Shown here piece by piece: positions 24,777 to 38,000 of a DNA stretch of 64,000 nucleotides. A program made the translations under genes and the position numbers. Within the stretch, counting starts at the first letter, position 1. Each line of letters opens with the position of its first letter. The notes under the pieces are model-generated. The model had not been told where the DNA came from. It saw only the letters and a program-made list of their open reading frames with translations, and searched no databases. The stretch spans positions 13,640,001 through 13,704,000 of the forward strand of contig NC_087436.1 in NCBI RefSeq assembly GCF_036321535.1, in the 5' to 3' direction. This DNA comes from Camelus dromedarius. Taxonomy: Eukaryota.

Positions 24777-24885
24777 CTTTGCAAGTAAAAGAAGCGATTT
24801 TTGTAAAGTTTGTTGCAGAAGTAGGTAGGAGCACTGGTTCAAACTGCAGAGACAGGGCATCTCTCTGTGAGAAATGATGGACATC
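24777..24885 (-). CDS. TMEM131L: TMEM131L exon ~11 ([36 protein letters not shown])
   Basis: 109 nt; tacag|GAT, G|gtacag. Confidence 0.93.
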
Positions 24886-25192
24886 CTGTAACAAAAAACA
24901 ATCCACAGGACTGCTCTCAGACGGGCGAAGCTGTATCCGGTTTGAATTAACTCTGTTCCAATGACTAGGTAGCTCAGACTGGTGTACACCACAACCACTT
25001 AGCAGATATGTCTGTAACAGGACGAAGGGGTGCAGACGACCTTCATCCAAACATGGGTTCAAGCAGCGAAAACAGGTTTAAATCATTGCAGAAGAGAACA
25101 GAGACAAGTGTTTCCTCAAAAATCCTCATGTTCTGCAATGCCATACACACTTGTAAGTTTAAAATCCACCTCATGCAAGCATTTACAATTAC

Positions 25193-25251
25193 CTGTATCC
25201 ACAGAAGGCTGTCTCCTGAATGCAATATATACATATTTACCGCCGAATCAT
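25193..25251 (-). CDS. TMEM131L: TMEM131L exon ~10 ([20 protein letters not shown])
   Basis: 59 nt; gcag|AT, CAG|gtaatt. Confidence 0.93.
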
Positions 25252-25881
25252 CTGCCCAAAAGAATCAGAGAAATGAGATTAAAACAAAGGACCATCTTTT
25301 CACCCCTTCACACAGTACTTAAAATATCACATAACACATTTCTATTAAAAAATGTAACTCGTTCTTCAACACTAAAATTGAAACGAGGAGCTACTTTCTG
25401 TTGGATATTCTTTTAAGTGACAAGAGAAAGGACAGTGGCAAAAGGACTGACCTAGTACCCCAGGCTCTCTGAATGATGAACTACCCATAGAAAAAGTCTA
25501 ACTTCAGGGCCGTATTATGACTCCCCTGGATGAAACTAACCAACTGGACAGTTTCAAATAAAGCCAGGTCCTCCTGCTGATTAGAGAGCCCCTCAATTCC
25601 TTATTTCCACTCAGGAAAAACAAAACCTTGGGATCTCAAAATGCAGCCTTCCTTTTCATCCTCCCCAAGAGAAGTGCTCCTCAAGGGACAGGTGTCTTCT
25701 CTACACTGAGGTCCACCTGGCCATTCTGGGAATCACCAAGAACTATGACCCCAAGGGCAGGAAGCTCTCCTGCTGACCCATGACTACAACACAACTAAAT
25801 CTGCGGACTGGGAAGGACAAAGTTAAGACTGCCAATGTAAAAGGACACTCTGGGACCATTTCTTTCTCTGAATATGTATGT

Positions 25882-25883
<2 letters not shown>

Positions 25884-25918
<35 letters not shown>
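25884..25918. repeat. (CA)n microsatellite
   Basis: Read directly, about 17 units. Confidence 0.95.
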
Positions 25919-25923
<5 letters not shown>

Positions 25924-26149
25924 CATTGATAACCACTGGGTAAGAGCAAACCCTACATTATAAATGTCACAGATCACATAGTATGTGTCTCCTACAAAAT
26001 CTCTTAGAAACTCAAACTGAGAAACTAGGTTATTTTTGGTAAGTAACTGAAACACACAATTTCAGAGATAAAAGGCACAGAAATAAACACTAAAATCTGC
26101 ACTGCTGTAACCTGTCGGGCATCCAGGAACAAGCGCATCCAATCAACTA

Positions 26150-26285
26150 TTTTTTGGAAGGGGGGTAATTAGGTTTTTATTTATTTTATTTTATTATTTT
26201 TTTTTTAACAGAGGTACTGGGGATCGAACCCAGGACCTTGTGCATGCCAAGCATGCACTCTAGCACTTGAGCTGTACCCTCCCCC
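26150..26285 (-). mobile_element. Vic-1-like SINE
   Basis: Flanked by TSD aatcaac(t/a)att. Confidence 0.9.
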
Positions 26286-26679
26286 TAATCAACAATTAAA
26301 AATACAAACAGTATGATATGGTCAACTGAGCTGCTGCCAATCAGTAAAACTGTAACAAGAGACAGAGAAGTTCAAAAACTTCGTGAATATTTATATTATG
26401 CTGCAGTGCCCATTTGACTTGTTCACTCTCTCCAGAACTCCAAGAAAAATTATTCCCAGGGAAGCGCAGAATGGTTTGCAGTTAACGTTCAATTTACTCC
26501 AAACTATTACAGCCTTACTAGCAGATGCAGGCTGAGAACCAGTTACTATTGGAAGCTGTTCATAATGAAAGCAAAGGCTCTCTCTCTTGCACTGCAGTGA
26601 TACAATCTGCAAGCAAATGGTAGAGAATCATGATGCAGGTTGATCAAAATAGAATAGAAATTTTCAGACTCCACCTTAC

Positions 26680-26833
26680 CTGAAGTCTCAGATTTATCTG
26701 TCGCTACATAAATGATAGAGAGATGATCTAACAAATCTTGTGTGTTTTCTTCAAATTCTTTGGAGGAGTTTCCCATTGTTACAATTATGCTCATCTGTAG
26801 CCGTAAAACATCGTCAGATTCCACGTAACAACT
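26680..26833 (-). CDS. TMEM131L: TMEM131L exon ~9 ([17 protein letters not shown]...VATDKSETS)
   Basis: 154 nt; ctcag|AGT, G|gtaagg. Confidence 0.93.
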
Positions 26834-27024
26834 CTGAGATTGGAGGGATGGGAAAAAAAGGAAAAACTCAAAAAAAATCTGAATTTTTTTATTTTGAATT
26901 TTACGGTGGGGGGGGTGGGGAAGCATTTATGGTGAGGGCGTGTGCATTTCTGAGAACAGAACATTTATTTCTAAATAAAGAGGCAGGAAGGAACGCAGGG
27001 AGGAAACACAATTTTTCATTTTAC

Positions 27025-27102
27025 CTTTAATTGCTGACACACTTTATTATGTAAACTGCATTCCAGTTGCACCTGCAAGAGGCTAGTATTAGTGGTTTCT
27101 GC
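27025..27102 (-). CDS. TMEM131L: TMEM131L exon ~8 ([26 protein letters not shown])
   Basis: 78 nt; ttccag|GCA, AAG|gtaaaa; follows a 22.4-kb intron. Confidence 0.93.
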
Positions 27103-27196
27103 CTGGAAGAAAAAAAGAGGGGGGGAAAGAACTTAAAAGGAAGCCAAAGGTTCAATCTAGTATTAATAGTTAACAATCTATCATTTATTTAGAAAT

Positions 27197-27335
27197 TACA
27201 TTCATTCATTCATTTTATTTATTCAACACAAATTTGGGTATCTGCTAAATGCTGGGTATAATTCTATTACTGGAAGTACAGTAGTGAGTAAAATAGAGAA
27301 AGATCTGTCCTGTCACTGAGCTTACTTCTAATGGA
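27197..27335 (-). mobile_element. L2 3' end
   Basis: (CATT)n start, then attcaacacaaatttgggtatctgctaaatgc. Confidence 0.6.
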
Positions 27336-28136
27336 AATGATAAGCTCTCCCCTGGGCGACATGAAAATTCCTATTACGGCAACAAGCAGATAAATAATTT
27401 CTAAACATACACGGAACACTGTAGTTTGGTATTTCTTATGCTTTCTAAACATTCTGTTCCAGCGTAGGAGTCTGCTTTTATTTAAAAGTAGGGTCACCCA
27501 GGGAGAGCCAATCAACAGTTCTCACGTCAGCCTCCCATCACTAGAACGACCTTAGAAGCCATGAGAAAACCAGAGACGTCCAAAGTTCACCTGGCTATCA
27601 TTTTTAATATGTGGAAGGGATGTGGGTTGAAGAGACAAAAATATACGAAAAGAATGCAGAATTTCGAGACATTCAAAGATCTTAACCGCCATATGGGATA
27701 ATACTGGCATATTTTTGAAGACGAGGAAACGCAAAGTCCAATCAGGGGATACAGCCATTTGGGTGGGAGGGTGGGGGCAGCAGACAGCAAATACCCACAA
27801 AAGGCAGGCGGTGCAGCACGTGAATCTTAAGGATCTCAGCTGAGAAGTTCCTCTTTTGTTCATTTGACGTGTCTGGCATAGCGATGACCAAAAAGCCACC
27901 TGGCCTGGCAGTCACAGTCGGAACACCAGGAAATCTCAGCCAGGTAAGAAGGCATTCCTCAAAGCTTTGGCTGACTTAACTGTGGGTGTCCAGCTGATTC
28001 AGTTTTAAGTAGAATCACCACAATTAGGTTTAATTTGTTAGATTTATAAGGATTACCTAAATACATTATATAAAAACACATTTTTTAATGACTACAGCTG
28101 TCATCAAGCAATGAAAGTACTAAACGAGAATAAAAC

Positions 28137-28275
28137 ACAGTTGTTCCTCAGTTCTGTGCATGCAGAACCGGCAGATACGGAGGGCTGGCTGTCAGGAACT
28201 TGAGCAACCTCGGAGTTTGGTATCCAAGCCAGGGTGTAGGAACCAATCCCCGGCAGGTGCCACGGTACCACAGCA
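28137..28275. mobile_element. TcMar-Tigger (MER2-like) remnant
   Basis: cagttgttcctcag...ggagtttggtatcc...ggaaccaatcccc. Confidence 0.6.
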
Positions 28276-28489
28276 TATTACATTGTAAAGTGTAGTAAAA
28301 ATGAGTTTAACCCAGCTTGTAAACCGACCCCAATGTTAACCAATGGCTCTTTGCAAAATTGCGACTATCAGCTACACTTACATGGGTGATAAACATCTGT
28401 AAACTGAGCCTCAAGTCTTAAGAGCTGGATTTTTTAATTTGTCTTTCTGTGAATGAGTCCCACATCGAAGACATAAACCGAAAAAGCCC

Positions 28490-29810
28490 ACTAGTCCCTG
28501 AAACTGTGTTGAGCATAGTTATAAATGACTTCCTGGTGTCCAAATCCAATAGAAACCTCTCTTTTTCCTGACCCTTCTCCCCAGCATGATGCCATGAGGA
28601 GCTTCTCCTTCTCTTGGCTTCTCTCCTTCCCCAGCTCCTCCTGCTCTGTCCACGAGGGGCTGGAGTCAGTCTGGATCCTGTCTTTTGCCCTCACCACTCT
28701 CTCCCGGCGGGAATCTGCGACACGCGGGACCGCCCACACTCATCTCACCAGCTCAGACCTCTCTGCACACCCATGGGTCCAACCAACGACGGGGCACCCA
28801 TCTGGATCCTCACACACCCCGCGACAGCCAGCCGGCTGTGGGCCCCATCTCCGCACCATCCTTCACACCGGGTTTAAGCCAGAAACCTGAAAACCAACCT
28901 CACTCCACCTTCTCACTCACCCTCCTCAAACACATCCATCACCGAGGAATCCTGGCTGCACCTACTCAGCAGAGCCTCGAATCCCTTCACTTCTCTTCAT
29001 TCCTAAGAAGTACCCTCAAGATTAGGGGTCAGTCGGCTAACCATGCCCACGAGCCACACCCCGCCTGCTGCCTGTGTTTGTAAATAACGTCCCACTGGAA
29101 CACAGCCATGCTCTTTCTCTTGGACACTGTCTACGGCAGAGCTGAGTCTTTGCAACAGAGGTAACATGGCCTGAAAGGCCAAAAATAACTACTCTCTGGG
29201 CCTTTACAGACAAAGTTCACAGACCCTGTCCGAGTGGGAGGGAAGCGGTAAGATGCAGGCAAGCTGTGCAGTAACTTCCTCCCAGTCTCCCCGTGTCCAC
29301 CTCTGCCCTCCTCACTCCACTCTCCATGCTGCATCAAGAACGAGTTTACAAATAAGCAAACCAGGTCATGTCACTACCGGCTTAAAACCCTTCAGAGACT
29401 CCCTGCTTGGCCAGAGTCCCAAATCCTTAACTGTAGCCATAAACCTCAGGTTCCACCTCCCTGTTTACACTCCAGCCTCACTGGTCTCCTTTCTCCTCTG
29501 TTTTGCTTTCAGCCTCTGTTCCTTGGCTCGGTACTCACATCCCCAACCTACCCTCCCCTCTGCCTAACAAAATCTGATTCATCCTTCATGTCCCAGCTTA
29601 GACTTCCCTTTCGGGGAGGTCATCCATGACACCACAGCTGGGTTAAGTGCCATTACCTACACCCACAGCAGCTTTCACCTGATCTTCTGTAACGCCCCTC
29701 ATTACAACGTCACGACTTGCTCAAGGTCTGCCTGCCGCAGCAGACTGTAAGCACCCTGTCTGATGCTTTTACCACAATGCCTACCACTTAACTGGCACTC
29801 AGCAGACAGC
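28490..29810 (+). mobile_element. L2 remnant (interrupted by MER58A)
   Basis: Pyrimidine-rich L2-like motifs (aatgacttcctggtgtccaaatccaat; agactgtaagc...gcctaccacttaactggcactcag). Confidence 0.6.
29023..29228. mobile_element. MER58A-like DNA transposon
   Basis: ctgcctgtgtttgtaaataa...ctggaacacagccatgctc...ctctctgggcctttacagacaaagtt; inverted ends ggggtc / gaccct. Confidence 0.78.
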
Positions 29811-31121
29811 TGGAGACTGAAAAGAAGTGGGCACACAGCCACCGACGCTCACCTGCAAAGGGTCAGCCTGAAAGGGGCAAGAAACTAAAAAATAGTAATC
29901 AATGGCTATAAAATAAAAGTGTGTATCAAAACCTGCTACTTGGCATGTGGTTCTGATCTGAAACCTTCACAGAAGTTTAAAGAAAAACCCGTATCAATAC
30001 ACTGTCAACATATCATTTATAATTAAATTGGGTTTTGTTTGATCTACAACAATTTAACTATAAGGTCTTATCTGACAGGCAATTCTCTTGCCTAAAAAAT
30101 TTTTCTCCAAATATTGAAATAATGTTAAAAGTTTAAAATTATGATTCTGAACACGACTGAAAATCCTATCTGCATAGTTATCTGATATGATTTAAAGCTT
30201 ACTATGTTGTCATTCTTGGTAAATTTCTGGATGAGTAAAATAAGAATTTACCATGTTAAATAAGATTCTTCTATTAGCCGGGAACATAACAAAAATAAAC
30301 AACAATATTGTTTCATTTGCTGTACAACATATTTCAGAATCCCACAAGGGGGAGTTCCAGCACCTCCAAACTGCCCTTGAAGCATGCTGATTTTTCTCAA
30401 AAAGAAATTTAAATGTTCCATGTCTTCCTCTCCCAAGAGAACAAAAGTATTGCCATCTTGACTTAAAAAGGAAAACTAGAACTAAAACATGAGGCACTTG
30501 GGGCAACCGCACACACGCTGGGATTACAAATTCTCTCTGAAAGGACCCCAGCCAAGCACATTCGTTTGGACGGTAGGACACTTCTTATGCAAAAGTGTGC
30601 CTAGGCCGATTATAAAAGGAAAACAAACAAAAACCTACTTCTCTACCTTGGAAATCTCCCACATTATTGTAACAAATTAGTTCATGAATTTTATGGCTAA
30701 AAGAAAAAATAATTCCTCAGTAGTTTTCCCATAAGGATATGGTATTATTCCCTTTTAGAAGATGGAGGGAAATGTAGTTTGGAGGGGTTAAATGACTTAT
30801 CAAAGGTCAGACAGTTGGTTAGTGGCAAAACAAACAAAAAAAAATAGAAGGTATTTTAACATAAGTCATCAGTATTTTTTCCAAGTAAATCAGAATAGGC
30901 CAAGTCTACTTCTCCTAGGTACTTTTCTTCAACATGAAAACATGCCTTAGAAAAGCACACCAAGAGATAATGCAACAGTCAAGACGACAGCACTATTAAA
31001 ACTCCTTTCATACAGCATGTGTTGCCATGATTTTGTGGTGAAGGCGTATGAGTTCAGGGGATTGGATAAAAGAGAGGAAAAAAACCACCTTCCTCTACTG
31101 GCTGAAAAAATGGTCTTTGTG

Positions 31122-31625
31122 AGATGACTGGATAAAGAAGTTGTGGTATATGTATACAATGGAATACTACTCAGCCATAAAAAAGAATAAAATGCCTTTG
31201 CAACAGCATGGATGGACCTGAAGATCATCATTCTAAGTGAAATAAGTTAGAAAGAGAAAGAAAAATATGATCTCATTGATATGCGGAATCTAAAAAAAGG
31301 CACTAAGGAACTTATCTACAAAACAGAAACACTCTCAGACGTTGTAAACAATCGTATGGTTATCAGGGGAAAGGGGGTGGGAAGGGATAACTTTGGGAGA
31401 ATGAGATTTACAAATGTTAGCCACTATATATAAAAATAGATTTAAAAAAAGATTTTTTTTCTGTATAGCACAGGGACTATACTCAATATCTTAAAATAAC
31501 CTTCAATGAAAAAGAATATGAAAACGAACATATGTATGTATATGCATGACTGGACATTATGCTGTACATCAGAGATTGACACATTGTAACTCACAATACT
31601 TAAGTTAAAAAAATTCAATAAAAAT
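31122..31625 (+). mobile_element. 5'-truncated L1 (ORF2 end and 3' UTR)
   Basis: agatgactggataaagaag...; TSD aaaa(a/t)tggtctttgtg. Confidence 0.92.
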
Positions 31626-32158
31626 TTTAAAAATTGGTCTTTGTGTACCAGGCCAGGGGCAGAATGTGATGGGGTGGGGTGGGGGCTGTTTCTATGCAAT
31701 TAAATAGGAAAGAAAATGACAAGCTTAAAGTTCTAAGTCATCTGAGATGCCTTTCATTAACAAGAGTAAATCACGCCCCGACAAGAGCAGATGAGAATCT
31801 AGAATACATTAATCCAGACAGAAATGAACAAGAGTCTTGAAATTAGGGTGTTCACAGTTACAACCACACATGAAAACCTTTCATTTAAGGAATGTAACTC
31901 ATGAAATACAAACGACTCACTTAGACAAATTCCAACCTGAGATTCTATTCTTCTCAGACATTTCTCTCCCTTTCACAATTCTGAACGCTAAATTTCAGAG
32001 GGCCCTAACAAAGATAAATCTCTCAGGCCCATGTGTGTCTCAGTGGGAACATGATCCCAAATAAGCCACGTGACCATCCCAGCCAGTGGCCCACATGTAC
32101 GGCACTATGTACAGTACACTCTACACAGCAAATGATTCTGTGTAAAATGAGAGCTTTC

Positions 32159-32238
32159 AAACAACAAAGTCCTACTGTATAATACAGGGAACTATATTCA
32201 GAAAGTTGTAACGGCCTATAATGAAAAAATATGAAAAG

Positions 32239-32273
<35 letters not shown>

Positions 32274-32350
32274 ACTGAAACACTATGCAATACATCAGAA
32301 ATTAACACAACATTGTAAATCAACTATACTTCAAATAAACATTTAAAAAA
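32159..32350 (+). mobile_element. Short L1 3' end with (TA)n
   Basis: TSD aaaatgag(a/t)gctttc. Confidence 0.88.
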
Positions 32351-32407
32351 TAAAATGAGTGCTTTCTTGGGTCCGTTCCACACAACACTCACACTTTTTA
32401 ACCAAAC

Positions 32408-32578
32408 TTTTTTTTTATTGACGTATAGTCATTTTACAATGTTGTGTTAATTTCTGGTGTACAGCATGGTGGCTCAGTTATATATATATATATTCCTTTT
32501 CATACTCTTTTTCATTATAGGCTATTACAAGATATTGAATATGGTTCCTTGTGCTGTACAGTAGGGCCTTGTTGTTTA
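32408..32578 (-). mobile_element. Short L1 3' end
   Basis: Poly(T), then ttattgacgtatagtcattttacaatgttgtg; TSD aa(c/t)caaact. Confidence 0.88.
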
Positions 32579-32904
32579 AATCAAACTCTTAATTTAGTAT
32601 TTCCTGCATAACAGGCAGGCTCAGCTAAGTTATTAGTAAGCACTGTACAGTTGCTTCACCCTCACATTATAAACAGCAATTGTGTTTCCACCCTCACCAC
32701 CACCACTAACCTTCTATATCTCAGCTATTTAACCACCGAAAACAAAATTTACCTGCGTTGCCAGACTCACTCACTAAAATATTTGTAAAACCCTAGGAAC
32801 TGGTGGAAATGAATTTTTTAATTTGTTTTAAGGGGAAAAGGTTTAAAGCACATGCAGCACATTTTCCCTTACCCACATCTTTTTAGAAAAGGCAGTGTTG
32901 GTGC

Positions 32905-33051
32905 GGGGAGGGTTTAGCTCAGTGGCAGAGCGCGTGCCTAGCACGCACAAGGTCCTGGGTTCCAGCCACAGGACCGTCATTAAAATAAATAAATAAATAA
33001 ATCTAATTACCTCCCCCCATTAAAAAAAGAAAGAAAGGAAGGAAGGAAGGA
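32905..33051 (+). mobile_element. Vic-1-like SINE with a (GAAA/GGAA)n tail
   Basis: TSD agaaaaggcagtgt on both sides. Confidence 0.92.
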
Positions 33052-33781
33052 AGAAAAGGCAGTGTGGCCAAGTGGTTTTGCAGTCAACCCAGACTCAAGA
33101 TAAGGCCCCAGCTGTGAACCTTGGGGAGAGTCCCCACCTTTTCCAAGCCTCAGCTTCCTCTTGGATAACACAAGAGTTCAGGAACTCACAAGTCACGTTA
33201 CGAGCATTAAATGAGATACACACGCCAATCCCAGGGCCTTCAAGCAGGCCCTCAAAAGGGAGCATTCTTTTTACTTGTTCATTTGCACTTTATGCCTTAA
33301 ATTAGGAAAATTCCTCAACAAGTAATTTAAATGCTTCTCAGAAGCATTTCCCCCCACATCAAAGTTGTCAGAACGGAAACTCCTCTTCCCCAATCCTTTG
33401 GTTTCCAAGACAAGGGATTTTTTTTTTTTTCTTAAATGCTTCAAATTCTTCTTGTCTTGTTTTATAATTGGTTCAGAACCCAAAAAAAGGGAGAAGTGTC
33501 CTTTACTGCACACCATCTCCCACCTGCCCCCACCCCCTGAAATGTGCCAGAAACTGTGAAAGACAAGACAGCAGCCTGGAGATGGAGTGGACCCTGAGAT
33601 ACCAGGACTTCCGGTTGGACTGAGGGGCAGTGGTCCGTGTTGGGCAACACCCTGGCTTTTACACTTGGGCAGCTGGCTTTCAACAACCATAATCTGGCCA
33701 GCAGTTTCAGGACAGCAGTGAGAGCTTCCACCTTGGTCGGTCATGCAGCGCATAAGTGCTCTATCCAAAGGCAAACAGCTA

Positions 33782-33916
33782 TTTTGTTTGTTTTGTTTTG
33801 GGGGGGGGGCAGGAAGGTAATTAGGTTTATTTATGTTTAATGGAGGGACTGGGGATTGAACCCAGGACCTCGTGCATGCTAGGCATGCATTTTACCACTG
33901 AGCTACACTTTCCCCC
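33782..33916 (-). mobile_element. Vic-1-like SINE
   Basis: TSD gctatttt. Confidence 0.9.
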
Positions 33917-34127
33917 TAAGCGGCTATTTTTATATTGTCGGGTGATGCTGGGCCTCAAGCAAACGGCAAGTGGGCCCTGCAGGCCTGGCTCAGCCCTTGC
34001 GCCCGGCTCGGCACGGCACAAATTCGGGCTCTGTTATGCCGGCCGCCGTGGTCTGACCTTGAGCCACACAGCACAGCCCTGACCTAAGCAGTCATGGCAA
34101 GGAGGAGGCTAGGACAGAAAGGGCGTT

Positions 34128-34715
34128 GCAGTGGAAAACAGGATGGTGGTTCCTCAAAAACTAAACACAGAATTACAACATGACCCAGCAATTCCACCTC
34201 TGGGCATACACCCAGAAGTCACAGGAGGTGCTCGAACACGTATTTGGACCCCTATATTCACAGCAGCAGTAACACAGTAGCCAAGTAGAAACATCCCGAA
34301 ATCCACGGATGGATGAATGAATAAACAAAACTCAGGATATACAAACAGTGGCATAATTCTTCAGGCTTCCAAGGGAAGGCAATTCTGACACGTGCTGCAA
34401 CACGCATGAACCCTGAAGCCATGCTCAGGGAGGTAAGTCAGTCACAGAAGGACAAAGGCTGTAAGATTCCACTCATGGGGGGACCCAGAACAGTCAAAGC
34501 CAGGGACAGAAAGTAGAATAATGTTGCTAGGGGCTTAGGGGAGGGGGGTGACGAGGGGTTACTGTTCAATGGGGACAGAGTTTCAGTTTGAGCGGATGAA
34601 AAAGTTCTGGAGGTGGACAGTGGTGTAAAAACGTGAGTATAATGAATGCTGCTGGGCTGCACATCTGAAAACGGTCAAAATGGTCAATTTCGTGTTATGC
34701 GTATTTTACCACAGG
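34128..34715 (+). mobile_element. Old L1MB-type 3' fragment
   Basis: acagaattacaacatgacccagcaattccac...gttatgcgtattttaccaca. Confidence 0.8.
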
Positions 34716-37164
34716 AAAAGAAAGGGAAAAGAGAGGGGCAAAAAGAAAAAAAGAGAAAGAAAACAAAAACAGAAAAATGTCCCCGTCAAGGCTCTCCTCA
34801 AAATAGAGCTTCCAGAATACTATCCGCTGCTTCTAGAGCCAGATCTTAAAGAAACTGTGTTGGGTCCAACTCCAGGCAACCAATGTAGACAGGCTGCTCC
34901 AAATCCTGTTCCATGGCCAAGAGTCGGAAATGTGCAAGGGTTTGCTTTAAATTCACGTGGTTGGGCCACAGACTCAAAAGTTCCTCTCCAACTCACCAGC
35001 TCTAAATTCATTCATCACCTAGGCGCTAACAGCCGCTTCTGATTTTCCAGGTCCAAAGTGACAGCTACACAGACAAGAGGCAGATTTTATAAAGAAAGAA
35101 GCAATGAGGGTATTCTTATTAAGGAGATATGCTGTCATCTTGGGTTAAGTCAGAGAAGCAATTTGACAAAATTATTGCCAGCACAAAGACAACCACCACT
35201 AAGGGCTACCCTTGGAAAAATCAGACTCACTCCGGAAATCCAAGAGGTGTTGGAAGGTTAGAAAAGAAATCAAAAGCAAAACAAAACAACAAAAAAGGTC
35301 CCTGTCATTTTTCCTAATAGGAGGAAACTGCATTCTATTCTTCCTTTTAGAACAAGAGGAAGGAGGGGGGGAAAAAAAGAAGCAGATTGATGAAGCCGGA
35401 GACAGAGAGAAAAGCTGATGTCTTCAGGAAAAACCAGACAGAGCTGAAACAGGAAAGGAGATCTTGAAGCCTGGAATCCAACTGAAATGAGAGAGCTGTC
35501 GCTTTGTGCTTGTTTGAGCTTTAAAAAAAAAAAAAATCCAAAAAGACAGACAAACAAGATCTCCACAGACTGGAACTGCTCCTCCAGAAGGAATCAGGAT
35601 TCAGTGCTAGGAACTCTGGAGAAACACACTTTTAGAGCCAGGTTCAGAACCCACAGTAAGAGCAATCTCCAAGGAGAGGACCTACGTGCATCTCCAAAGA
35701 CTGAGACAGCTCTACCAAGGGCTACCGCACCTCCGGACAGGCTGGGAGAGAGCAAGGATCAGAGGAGGATGCTCAGAGCACAGCACCCGGGGACACGGTC
35801 CTTGCCTGCGCCCTGCGGGAACATGCTTGAGAAGTTTGTGGAATCCGGACTCAGTCTAAGAGAAGACATGGCAACGAGGAAGCCCATTAAAGGGGAAGCC
35901 AGCAGGACAAGACGGACTGACCCCAGCCGTGACTTAACACGTGCGTCTAATGGGAGAGTGTCTCCAGTGTAAGAGTCTCCACAGCAGGGATACAGCTGAC
36001 CCAGGACGTTATCAACTGGATCTCCCTTGCTTTGGGAGAACTCAAGAAAATGTCTAGAGAAACACCCAGAGGGAAAAAAAAAATAGATATAGACCAAAAA
36101 GTAAAGGAAAAGGTTGGGGAAAAAAAAAAAAAAAGGATTGCACAGTCCAGCAAACAGTAGCAGCTTACAAGTGTTAGAGAAAAAAGAGACCAGCAAAAGA
36201 AGCTAGTTAAACAGCAAGAAACTCATCCGAGCCTCCCTGAAAGGAAGAAGGGACAGGAGACAAGTACAACCTGGAGGCAGAGCGCAGACAGCAGAGAAAG
36301 GAGGAGTGAGTGGCTCGGGGCCAAGGTGTCACCCCCACGGGACCCCAGCTCCCCAAGTGTCAACAGTAGCTCCCTGCCAGGAATCTGCAGCGAACAACGC
36401 TCCACTAGAAACACGCAGGACGGAAAGGCAAAACCTTCCCTAGGAAGCAGGTTGCAGAAGCCTCAGTGAGTCCCAGGTAAGAGGCAACAGAAACCCTGTC
36501 CTGCCCAGGTCTCCAGGTCTCGTGCCCGCCCGCAGATGCTGCAGGAGCTGCATCCCTAAACAGAGCCTGGGTACCACTCAGCACAGAAGTGCCAGAAACA
36601 GGGGCTCCCTGCAGAAAGGAGAGGACAGGCACTACACATCTCTGTGCCGGGGCATCCTTCTAAGGCTGGGCTTCTTAAAATTGAAGTATCTTAATCCTAT
36701 CAGTGGATCCCATCACAAAGGCTCCGGGAAGCTGTCTTGGATACGTGAAAAGAATTTGGGATGGGAAACACCTGGGGACAAGGCTGCCGCCACCGCAAAG
36801 TTCTGATGCTGAGGGCAGACGCCAGAATAAGGTAGGTGCCAGTCCCCAAGAAGAGGAGGTGACCTGCACGAGAGCCTCCTCCTCAAATGAGTGCCCACCC
36901 CTTCCTCCCACAGGCAACCTCTGCCCATGGAGTTTAAGGGCAAAGGTCTTGGACTAAGAACAACGGGCATGAATTGAAGCTGAAACCAAGGTGCTGCCCT
37001 CTCTCCATCCTGCATCCCTCTCTCCGGCAAAGACAAAGCCCTGGGAACAACTCCTCTCAGGATTAGTGCCTTGAGGGCTGGGATGGGGGGCACATTTTCC
37101 AAAGTCAGTGGATGTAAGATTGATAATATAATATTCTTGTGCGTCCTATTAAGATTGTAGGCTT

Positions 37165-37287
37165 GGAGGGGAAGGTACAGCTCAGTGTTAGAGTGCATGC
37201 TTAGAATGCACAAGGTCCTGGGTTCAATCCCCAGTACCTACTCTAAAGATAAATAAATAGATCTAGTCCCCCCCCCACCAAAAAAAA
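37165..37287 (+). mobile_element. Vic-1-like SINE (first of a tandem pair)
   Basis: SINE head and tail; flanked by aagattgtaggcttggag / aagactctaggcttggag. Confidence 0.9.
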
Positions 37288-37302
37288 AAGACTCTAGGCT
37301 TG

Positions 37303-37448
37303 GAGGGGAGGGTATAGCTCGGTGGTAGAGTGCGTGCTCATCATGCATGAGGTCTTGGGGTCAATCCCCAGTACCTCTATTAAAAAAAATAAATAAACCT
37401 AATGAATTCACCCAAACAAACAAACCAAAACCAAAACAAACAAACAAA
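37303..37448 (+). mobile_element. Vic-1-like SINE (second of a tandem pair)
   Basis: Followed by aagattctaggct. Confidence 0.9.
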
Positions 37449-37779
37449 AAGATTCTAGGCTCAAGAGAGACTTGGAGTTGAACTGTTGGGACTTCTGAAA
37501 CCCCAGGGAAGCCCTGCAGATTCCAGCGAGAGGAGCCGCACCAGACATGGAGAACCTCTCTGGCTAAGACCAAAAAAAGAAAAAAAAAAAAAAGAATAGG
37601 GGAGGACTTCAAATTCTTTGAATGTTAACTCACAGGCCAAGATAATTTGATACAGGACTGAGCCTTGAACTTTCATGTCTTGCCAGGAATTGAATCTCTG
37701 AATTTTCAATTTCTCCCTGACAGTTTCATAACAGGAGAGGGTTTATACACAGAAACTTTATAAAGTTAAGTGATAAATG

Positions 37780-38000
37780 CACTTTGGCTACGTGCCAGAT
37801 GCTAGGTTCCAAGCTTCTGACACGTATTAATTTATTCAAGAGCTACAGCACTCCTGTGAGGGAGGGCTATTATTATCTGTTCCATAGATAAACTGAGACA
37901 TAAAAAGGTTAGGTAACTCGGCCAGAATCACTCAGAACCAAGATTTTTACTTAGGTGGTCTGGTTTTACAAGTCGCTTTCTTATTCACTACACTCCACAC
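37780..38000 (-). mobile_element. MIR
   Basis: ctattattatc...gataaactgagacataaaaaggttaggtaact core. Confidence 0.7.

Noticed and set aside
35487..36196. 161-aa and 145-aa ORFs in the large intron
   Set aside because: No recognisable homology; they run through poly-A/T tracts.
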